From Auanema rhodensis (lineage: Eukaryota; Animalia; Nematoda), in assembly GCA_964057225.1 (NCBI GenBank), contig OZ059899.1, forward strand, positions 17,236,001 through 17,300,000: a stretch of 64,000 nucleotides of DNA. The letters are read 5' to 3'. This document shows positions 1-10,600 of the stretch, piece by piece. Every line of letters begins with the position of its first letter. The first letter of the stretch is position 1. A program made the translations under genes and the position numbers. The notes below the pieces were generated by a model that searched no databases, had not been told where the DNA came from, and saw only the letters and a program-made list of their open reading frames with translations.

Positions 1-347
1 TTGAGTTTCCATGTACACTCAACATTGCTTCCAAAAACATTTTGACAAAAATTTTTCCAAAAAATTTCAAAATAATTTCGCAAAAAGTGAATGTTTTTAG
101 ATTCCGTTTTTCAAGGCAAAGACGATGGACAATGTTATTCAACGAAAAAATTAATTCTGCAGGGTGAAAATCGAGGATATAAGTGTGAACTTATATCAGT
201 TGATATCTCGGTGCATTTTTAAGCTAGCGCAAATCTGATAACACAGATCGACGCAGCTTACAAATCCGCATCGAATGCTTATACAACATTGAGAAACGCT
301 TAATACAAAAATTAGTTATGATCGTTTGAAAAAAGACGCATTAGTGT

Positions 348-375
348 ATGTTGAGTTTCCATGTACACTCAACAT
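348..375. other. Dyad H1 (present in each monomer): 9-bp inverted repeat with a 10-nt spacer
   Basis: ATGTTGAGT (348-356) is the reverse complement of ACTCAACAT (367-375); spacer TTCCATGTAC. Confidence 0.9.
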
Positions 376-382
376 TGCTTCC

Positions 383-448
383 AAAAACATTTTGACAAAA
401 ATTTTTCCAAAAAATTTCAAAATAATTTCGCAAAAAGTAAATGTTTTT
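383..448. other. Dyad H2 and A/T-tract block (present in each monomer)
   Basis: AAAAACATTT (383-392) is the reverse complement of AAATGTTTTT (439-448). Between them lie alternating A4-6 and T3-5 tracts, with A-tracts starting at 383, 397, 409, 419 and 432. Confidence 0.8.
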
Positions 449-3400
449 AGATTCCTTTTTTCCAGGCAAAGACGATGGACATTGTTATTCAACGAAAAAA
501 TTAATTCTGCAGGGTGAAAATCGAGGATATAAGTGTGAACTTATATCAGTTGATATCTCGGTGCATTTTTAAGCTAGCGCAAATCTAATAACACAGATCG
601 ACGCAGCTTAAAAATCCGCATCGAATGCACTATACTACATTGAGAAACGCTTAATACAAAAATTAGTTATGATCGTTTGAAAAAAGACGCATTAGTGTAT
701 GTTGAGTTTCCATGTACACTCAACATTGCTTCCAAAAACATTTTGACAAAAATTTTTCCAAAAAATTTCAAAATAATTTCGCAAAAAGTAAATGTTTTTA
801 GATTCCTTTTTTCAAGGCAAAGACGATGGACATTGTTATTCAACGAAAAAATTAATTCTGCAGGGTGAAAATCGAGGATATAAGTGTGAACTTATATCAG
901 TTGATATCTCGGTGCATTTTTAAGCTAGCGCAAATCTGATAACACAGATCGACGCAGCTTACAAATCCGCATCGAATGCACTATACAACATTGAGAAACG
1001 CTTAATACAAAAATTAGTTATGATCGTTTGAAAAATGATGCATTAGTGTATGTTGAGTTTCCATGTACACTCAACATTGCTTCCAAAAACATTTTGACAA
1101 AAATTTTTCCAAAAAATTTCAAAATAATTTCGCAAAAAGTGAATGTTTTTAGATTCCGTTTTTCAAGGCAAAGACGATGGACAATGTTATTCAACGAAAA
1201 AATTAATTCTGCAGGGTGAAAATCGAGGATATAAGTGTGAACTTATATCAGTTGATATCTCGGTGCATTTTTAAGCTAGCGCAAATCTGATAACACAGAT
1301 CGACGCAGCTTACAAATCCGCATCGAATGCCTTATACAACATTGAGAAACGCTTAATACAAAAATTAGTTATGATCGTTTGAAAAAAGACGCATTAGTGT
1401 ATGTTGAGTTTCCATGTACACTCAACATTGCTTCCAAAAACATTTTGACAAAAATTTTTCCAAAAAATTTCGAAATAATTTCGCAAAAAGTAAATGTTTT
1501 TAGATTCCTTTTTTCAAGGCAAAGACGATGGACATTGTTATTCAACGAAAAAATTAATTCTGCAGGGTGAAAATCGAGGATATAAGTGTGAACTTATATC
1601 AGTTGATATCTCGGTGCATTTTTAAGCTAGCGCAAATCTGATAACACAGATCGACGCAGCTTACAAATCCGCATCGAATGCCTTATACAACATTGAGAAA
1701 CGCTTAATACAAAAATTAGTTATGATCGTTTGAAAAAAGACGCATTAGTGTATGTTGAGTTTCCATGTACACTCAACATTGCTTCCAAAAACATTTTGAC
1801 AAAAATTTTTCCAAAAAATTTCAAAATAATTTCGCAAAAAGTAAATGTTTTTAGATTCCTTTTTTCAAGGTAAAGACGATGGACATTGTTATTCAACGAA
1901 AAAATTAATTCTGCAGGGTGAAAATCGAGGATATAAGTGTGAACTTATATCAGTTGATATCTCGGTGCATTTTTAAGCTAGCGCAAATCTGATAACACAG
2001 ATCGACGCAGTTTAAAAATCCGCATCGAATGCACTATACTACATTGAGAAACGCTTAATACAAAACTTAGTTATGATCGTTTGAAAAAAGATGCATTAGT
2101 GTATGTTGAGTTTCCATGTACACTCAACATTGCTTCCAAAAACATTTTGACAAAAATTTTTCCAAAAAATTTCAAAATAATTTCGCAAAAAGTGAATGTT
2201 TTTAGATTCCGTTTTTCAAGGCAAAGACGATGGACAATGTTATTCAACGAAAAAATTAATTCTGCAGAATGAAAATCGAGGATATAAGAAGGAACTTATA
2301 TCAGTTGATATCTCGGTGCATTTTTAAGCTAGCGCAAATCTGATAACACAGATCGACGCAGCTTACAAATCCGCATCGAATGCCTTATACAACATTGAGA
2401 AACGCTTAATACAAAAATTAGTTATGATCGTTTGAAAAAAGACGCATTAGTGTATGTTGAGTTTCCATGTACACTCAACATTGCTTCCAAAAACATTTTG
2501 ACAAAAATTTTTCCAAAAAATTTCAAAATAATTTCGCAAAAAGTAAATGTTTTTAGATTCCTTTTTTCAAGGTAAAGACGATGGACATTGTTATTCAACG
2601 AAAAAATTAATTCTGCAGGGTGAAAATCGAGGATATAAGTGTGAACTTATATCAGTTGATATCTCGGTGCATTTTTAAGCTAGCGCAAATCTGATAACAC
2701 AGATCGACGCAGTTTAAAAATCCGCATCGAATGCACTATACTACATTGAGAAACGCTTAATACAAAACTTAGTTATGATCGTTTGAAAAAAGATGCATTA
2801 GTGTATGTTGAGTTTCCATGTACACTCAACATTGCTTCCAAAAACATTTTGACAAAAATTTTTCCAAAAAATTTCAAAATAATTTCGCAAAAAGTGAATG
2901 TTTTTAGATTCCGTTTTTCAACGTAAAGACGATGGACAATGTTATTCAACGAAAAAATTAATTCTGCAGGGTGAAAATCGAGGATATAAGTGTGAACTTA
3001 TATCAGTTGATATCTCGGTGCATTTTTAAGCTAGCGCAAATCTGATAACACAGATCGACGCAGCTTACAAATCCGCATCGAATGCCTTATACAACATTGA
3101 GAAACGCTTAATACAAAAATTAGTTATGATCGTTTGAAAAAAGACGCATTAGTGTATGTGGAGTTTCCATGTACACTCAACATTGCTTCCAAAAACATTT
3201 TGACAAAATTTTTTTCGAAAAATTTCAAAATAATTTCGCAAAAAGTAAATGTTTTTAGATTCCTTTTTTTAAGGCAAAGACGATGGACAATGTTATTCAA
3301 CGAAAAAATTAATTCTGCAGAATGAAAATCGAGGATATAAGAAGGAACTTATATCAGTTGATATCTCGGTGCATTTTTAAGCTAGCGCAAATCTGATAAC

Positions 3401-4035
3401 ACAGATCGACGCAGCTTAAAAATCCGCATCGAATGCACTATACAACATTGAGAAACGCTTAATACAAAAATTAGTTATGATCGTTTGAAAAATGATGCAT
3501 TAGTGTATGTTGAGTTTCCATGTACACTCAACATTGCTTCCAAAAACATTTTTACAAAAATTTTTCCGAAAACTTTCAAAATAATTTCGCAAAAAGTAGA
3601 TGTTTTTAGATTCCTTTTTTCAAGGCAAAGACGATGGACAATGTAATTCAACGAAAAAATTAATTCTCCAGGGTGAAAATCGAGGATGTAAGTGTGAGCT
3701 TATATCAGTTGATATCTCGGTGCATTTTTAAGCTAGCGCAAATCTGATAACACAGATCGACGCAGCTTAAAAATCCGCATCGAATGCACTATACAACATT
3801 GAGAAACGCTTAATACAAAAATTAGTTATGATCGTTTGAAAAAAGACGCATTAGTGTATGTTGAGTTTCCATGTACACTCAACATTGCTTCCAAAAACAT
3901 TTTGACAAAAATTTTTCCAAAAAATTTCAAAATAATTTCGCAAAAAGTAAATGTTTTTAGATTCCTTTTTTCAAGGCAAAGACGATGGACATTGTTATTC
4001 AACGAAAAAATTAATTCTGCAGGGTGAAAATCGAG

Positions 4036-4057
4036 GATATAAGTGTGAACTTATATC
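4036..4057. other. Dyad H3 (present in each monomer): 9-bp stem with GTGA tetraloop
   Basis: GATATAAGT-GTGA-ACTTATATC; the arms are exact reverse complements. Confidence 0.9.
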
Positions 4058-4067
4058 AGTTGATATC

Positions 4068-4134
4068 TCGGTGCATTTTTAAGCTAGCGCAAATCTGATA
4101 ACACAGATCGACGCAGCTTAAAAATCCGCATCGA
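4068..4134. other. Dyad H4 (present in each monomer): 67-nt imperfect hairpin
   Basis: TCGGTGC-ATTTTTAAGCT-a-GCG-caa-ATCTG-[ataaca]-CAGAT-cga-CGC-AGCTTAAAAAT-cc-GCATCGA: nested stems of 7 bp (one G-T), 11, 3 and 5 bp. Confidence 0.88.
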
Positions 4135-7100
4135 ATGCACTATACAACATTGAGAAACGCTTAATACAAAAATTAGTTATGATCGTTTGAAAAAAGACGC
4201 ATTAGTGTATGTTGAGTTTCCATGTACACTCAACATTGCTTCCAAAAACATTTTGACAAAAATTTTTCCAAAAAATTTCAAAATAATTTCGCAAAAAGTA
4301 AATGTTTTTAGATTCCTTTTTTCAAGGCAAAGACGATGGACATTGTTATTCAACGAAAAAAATAATTCTGCAGGGTGAAAATCGAGGATATAAGTGTGAA
4401 CTTATATCAGTTGATATCTCGGTGCATTTTTAAGCTAGCGCAAATCTGATAACACAGATCGACGCAGCTTACAAATCCGCATCGAATGCCTTATACAACA
4501 TTGAGAAACGCTTAATACAAAAATTAGTTATGATCGTTTGAAAAAAGACGCATTAGTGTATGTTGAGTTTCCATGTACACTCAACATTGCTTCCAAAAAC
4601 ATTTTGACAAAAATTTTTCCAAAAAATTTCAAAATAATTTCGCAAAAAGTGAATGTTTTTAGATTCCGTTTTTCAAGGCAAAGACGATGGACAATGTTAT
4701 TCAACGAAAAAATTAATTCTGCAGGGTGAAAATCGAGGATATAAGTGTGAACTTATATCAGTTGATATCTCGGTGCATTTTTAAGCTAGCGCAAATCTGA
4801 TAACACAGATCGACGCAGCTTACAAATCCGCATCGAATGCCTTTTACAACATTGAGAAACGCTTAATACAAAAATTAGTTATGATCGTTTGAAAAAAGAC
4901 GCATTAGTGTATGTTGAGTTTCCATGTACACTCAACATTGCTTCCAAAAACATTTTGACAAAAATTTTTCCAAAAAATTTCAAAATAATTTCGCAAAAAG
5001 TGAATGTTTTTAGATTCCGTTTTTCAAGGTAAAGACGATGGACAATGTTATTCAACGAAAAAATTAATTCTGCAGGGTGAAAATCGAGGATATAAGTGTG
5101 AACTTATATCAGTTGATATCTCGGTGCATTTTTAAGCTAGCGCAAATCTGATAACACAGATCGACGCAGCTTACAAATCCGCATCGAATGCCTTATACAA
5201 CATTGAGAAACGCTTAATACAAAAATTAGTTATGATCGTTTGAAAAAAGACGCATTAGTGTATGTTGAGTTTCCATGTACACTCAACATTGCTTCCAAAA
5301 ACATTTTGACAAAAATTTTTCCAAAAAATTTCAAAATAATTTCGCAAAAAGTGAATGTTTTTAGATTCCGTTTTCCAAGGCAAAGACGATGGACAATGTT
5401 ATTCAACGAAAAAATTAATTCTGCAGAATGAAAATCGAGGATATAAGAAGGAACTTATATCAGTTGATATCTCGGTGCATTTTTAAGCTAGCGCAAATCT
5501 GATAACACAGATCGACGCAGCTTAAAAATCCGCATCGAATGCACTATACAACATTGAGAAACGCTTAATACAAAAATTAGTTATGATCGTTTGAAAAATG
5601 ATGCATTAGTGTATGTTGAGTTTCCATGTACACTCAACATTGCTTCCAAAAACATTTTGACAAAATTTTTTTCGAAAAATTTCAAAATAATTTCGCAAAA
5701 AGTAAATGTTTTTAGATTCCTTTTTTTAAGGCAAAGACGATGGACAATGTTATTCAACGAAAAAATTAATTCTGCAGGGTGAAAATCGAGGATATAAGTG
5801 TGAACTTATATCAGTTGATATCTCGGTGCATTTTTAAGCTAGCGCAAATCTGATAACACAGATCGACGCAGTTTAAAAATCCGCATCGAATGCACTATAC
5901 TACATTGAGAAACGCTTAATACAAAACTTAGTTATGATCGTTTGAAAAAAGATGCATTAGTGTATGTTGAGTTTCCATGTACACTCAACATTGCTTCCAA
6001 AAACATTTTGACAAAAATTTTTCCAAAAAATTTCGAAATAATTTCGCAAAAAGTGAATGTTTTTAGATTCCGTTTTTCAAGGCAAAGACGATGGACAATG
6101 TTATTCAACGAAAAAATTAATTCTGCAGAATGAAAATCGAGGATATAAGTGTGAACTTATAACAGTTGATATCTCGGTGCATTTTTAAGCTAGCGCAAAT
6201 CTGATAACACAGATCGACGCAGCTTAAAAATCCGCATCGAATGCACTATACAACATTGAGAAACGCTTAATACAAAAATTAGTTATGATCGTTTGAAAAA
6301 AGACGCATTAGTGTATGTTGAGTTTCCATGTACACTCAACATTGCTTCCAAAAACATTTTGACAAAAATTTTTCCAAAAAATTTCAAAATAATTTCGCAA
6401 AAAGTAAATGTTTTTAGATTCCTTTTTTCAAGGCAAAGACGATGGACATTGTTATTCAACGAAAAAATTAATTCTGCAGGGTGAAAATCGAGGATATAAG
6501 TGTGAACTTATATCAGTTGATATCTCGGTGCATTTTTAAGCTAGCGCAAATCTGATAACACAGATCGACGCAGCTTACAAATCCGCATCGAATGCCTTAT
6601 ACAACATTGAGAAACGCTTAATACAAAAATTAGTTATGATCGTTTGAAAAAAGACGCATTAGTGTATGTTGAGTTTCCATGTACACTCAACATTGCTTCC
6701 AAAAACATTTTGACAAAAATTTTTCCAAAAAATTTCAAAATAATTTCGCAAAAAGTGAATGTTTTTAGATTCCGTTTTTCAAGGCAAAGACGATGGACAA
6801 TGTTATTCAACGAAAAAATTAATTCTGCAGGGTGAAAATCGAGGATATAAGTGTGAACTTATATCAGTTGATATCTCGGTGCATTTTTAAGCTAGCGCAA
6901 ATCTGATAACACAGATCGACGCAGCTTACAAATCCGCATCGAATGCCTTATACAACATTGAGAAACGCTTAATACAAAAATTAGTTATGATCGTTTGAAA
7001 AAAGACGCATTAGTGTATGTTGAGTTTCCATGTACACTCAACATTGCTTCCAAAAACATTTTGACAAAAATTTTTCCAAAAAATTTCAAAATAATTTCGC

Positions 7101-7696
7101 AAAAAGTAAATGTTTTTAGATTCCTTTTTTCAAGGCAAAGACGATGGACATTGTTATTCAACGAAAAAATTAATTCTGCAGGGTGAAAATCGAGGATATA
7201 AGTGTGAACTTATATCAGTTGATATCTCGGTGCATTTTTAAGCTAGCGCAAATCTGATAACACAGATCGAAGCAGCTTACAAATCCGCATCGAATGCCTT
7301 TTACAACATTGAGAAACGCTTAATACAAAAATTAGTTATGATCGTTTGAAAAAAGACGCATTAGTGTATGTTGAGTTTCCATGTACACTCAACATTGCTT
7401 CCAAAAACATTTTGACAAAAATTTTTCCAAAAAATTTCAAAATAATTTCGCAAAAAGTAAATGTTTTTAGATTCCTTTTTTCAAGGCAAAGACGATGGAC
7501 ATTGTTATTCAACGAAAAAATTAATTCTGCAGGGTGAAAATCGAGGATATAAGTGTGAACTTATATCAGTTGATATCTCGGTGCATTTTTAAGCTAGCGC
7601 AAATCTGATAACACAGATCGACGCAGCTTACAAATCCGCATCGAATGCCTTATACAACATTGAGAAACGCTTAATACAAAAATTAGTTATGATCGT

Positions 7697-10600
7697 TTGA
7701 AAAAAGACGCATTAGTGTATGTTGAGTTTCCATGTACACTCAACATTGCTTCCAAAAACATTTTGACAAAAATTTTTCCAAAAAATTTCAAAATAATTTC
7801 GCAAAAAGTAAATGTTTTTAGATTCCTTTTTTCAAGGCAAAGACGATGGACATTGTTATTCAACGAAAAAATTAATTCTGCAGGGTGAAAATCGAGGATA
7901 TAAGTGTGAACTTATATCAGTTGATATCTCGGTGCATTTTTAAGCTAGCGCAAATCTGATAACACAGATCGAAGCAGCTTACAAATCCGCATCGAATGCC
8001 TTTTACAACATTGAGAAACGCTTAATACAAAAATTAGTTATGATCGTTTGAAAAAAGACGCATTAGTGTATGTTGAGTTTCCATGTACACTCAACATTGC
8101 TTCCAAAAACATTTTGACAAAAATTTTTCCAAAAAATTTCAAAATAATTTCGCAAAAAGTGAATGTTTTTAGATTCCGTTTTTCAAGGTAAAGACGATGG
8201 ACAATGTTATTCAACGAAAAAATTAATTCTGCAGGGTGAAAATCGAGGATATAAGTGTGAACTTATATCAGTTGATATCTCGGTGCATTTTTAAGCTAGC
8301 GCAAATCTGATAACACAGATCGACGCAGCTTACAAATCCGCATCGAATGCCTTATACAACATTGAGAAACGCTTAATACAAAAATTAGTTATGATCGTTT
8401 GAAAAAAGACGCATTAGTGTATGTGGAGTTTCCATGTACACTCAACATTGCTTCCAAAAACATTTTGACAAAATTTTTTTCGAAAAATTTCAAAATAATT
8501 TCGCAAAAAGTAAATGTTTTTAGATTCCTTTTTTTAAGGCAAAGACGATGGACAATGTTATTCAACGAAAAAATTAATTCTGCAGGGTGAAAATCGAGGA
8601 TATAAGTGTGAACTTATATCAGTTGATATCTCGGTGCATTTTTAAGCTAGCGCAAATCTGATAACACAGATCGACGCAGTTTAAAAATCCGCATCGAATG
8701 CACTATACTACATTGAGAAACGCTTAATACAAAACTTAGTTATGATCGTTTGAAAAAAGATGCATTAGTGTATGTTGAGTTTCCATGTACACTCAACATT
8801 GCTTCCAAAAACATTTTGACAAAAATTTTTCCAAAAAATTTCGAAATAATTTCGCAAAAAGTGAATGTTTTTAGATTCCGTTTTTCAAGGCAAAGACGAT
8901 GGACAATGTTATTCAACGAAAAAATTAATTCTGCAGAATGAAAATCGAGGATATAAGTGTGAACTTATAACAGTTGATATCTCGGTGCATTTTTAAGCTA
9001 GCGCAAATCTGATAACACAGATCGACGCAGCTTAAAAATCCGCATCGAATGCACTATACAACATTGAGAAACGCTTAATACAAAAATTAGTTATGATCGT
9101 TTGAAAAAAGACGCATTAGTGTATGTTGAGTTTCCATGTACACTCAACATTGCTTCCAAAAACATTTTGACAAAAATTTTTCCAAAAAATTTCAAAATAA
9201 TTTCGCAAAAAGTAAATGTTTTTAGATTCCTTTTTTCAAGGCAAAGACGATGGACATTGTTATTCAACGAAAAAACTAATTCTGCAGGGTGAAAATCGAG
9301 GATATAAGTGTGAACTTATATCAGTTGATATCTCGGTGCATTTTTAAGCTAGCGCAAATCTGATAACACAGATCGACGCAGCTTACAAATCCGCATCGAA
9401 TGCCTTATACAACATTGAGAAACGCTTAATACAAAAATTAGTTATGATCGTTTGAAAAAAGACGCATTAGTGTATGTTGAGTTTCCATGTACACTCAACA
9501 TTGCTTCCAAAAACATTTTGACAAAAATTTTTCCAAAAAATTTCAAAATAATTTCGCAAAAAGTGAATGTTTTTAGATTCCGTTTTTCAAGGCAAAGACG
9601 ATGGACAATGTTATTCAACGAAAAAATTAATTCTGCAGGGTGAAAATCGAGGATATAAGTGTGAACTTATATCAGTTGATATCTCGGTGCATTTTTAAGC
9701 TAGCGCAAATCTGATAACACAGATCGACGCAGCTTACAAATCCGCATCGAATGCCTTATACAACATTGAGAAACGCTTAATACAAAAATTAGTTATGATC
9801 GTTTGAAAAAAGACGCATTAGTGTATGTTGAGTTTCCATGTACACTCAACATTGCTTCCAAAAACATTTTGACAAAAATTTTTCCAAAAAATTTCAAAAT
9901 AATTTCGCAAAAAGTAAATGTTTTTAGATTCCTTTTTTCAAGGCAAAGACGATGGACATTGTTATTCAACGAAAAAATTAATTCTGCAGGGTGAAAATCG
10001 AGGATATAAGTGTGAACTTATATCAGTTGATATCTCGGTGCATTTTTAAGCTAGCGCAAATCTGATAACACAGATCGACGCAGTTTAAAAATCCGCATCG
10101 AATGCACTATACTACATTGAGAAACGCTTAATACAAAACTTAGTTATGATCGTTTGAAAAAAGATGCATTAGTGTATGTTGAGTTTCCATGTACACTCAA
10201 CATTGCTTCCAAAAACATTTTGACAAAAATTTTTCCAAAAAATTTCAAAATAATTTCGCAAAAAGTGAATGTTTTTAGATTCCGTTTTTCAAGGCAAAGA
10301 CGATGGACAATGTTATTCAACGAAAAAATTAATTCTGCAGGGTGAAAATCGAGGATATAAGTGTGAACTTATATCAGTTGATATCTCGGTGCATTTTTAA
10401 GCTAGCGCAAATCTGATAACACAGATCGACGCAGCTTACAAATCCGCATCGAATGCCTTATACAACATTGAGAAACGCTTAATACAAAAATTAGTTATGA
10501 TCGTTTGAAAAAAGACGCATTAGTGTATGTTGAGTTTCCATGTACACTCAACATTGCTTCCAAAAACATTTTGACAAAAATTTTTCCAAAAAATTTCAAA

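Larger units (their letters stand above)
3836..4186 (+). repeat. Representative 351-bp monomer (phase arbitrary, set at TTGAAAAA)
   Basis: Runs from ttgaaaaaagacgcattagtg to ...aattagttatgatcgt, and the next copy starts at 4187. Hand count on the copy at 351-701 gave 112/351 G+C (~32%) and 13 CpG. Confidence 0.97.

Noticed and set aside
4036-4057. Rho-independent terminator after the ORF stop
   Set aside because: The stem is AT-rich with no following U-tract, the ORF is not credible, and the context is a eukaryote-type satellite.
4095-4102. GATA-factor site (CTGATAAC) in almost every monomer as a regulatory array
   Set aside because: One 6-7-bp match in 351 bp of AT-rich DNA is plausible by chance, and its repetition follows trivially from amplification.
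4095-4190. Hammerhead ribozyme, as found in some animal satellites (CTGATAA ... GAAACG ... CGTT)
   Set aside because: The core needs CUGANGA but the sequence is CUGAUAA (G8 missing), and stem I cannot form between the flanks. The - strand has only CTGATAT. An Infernal search with the Rfam hammerhead models would settle it.
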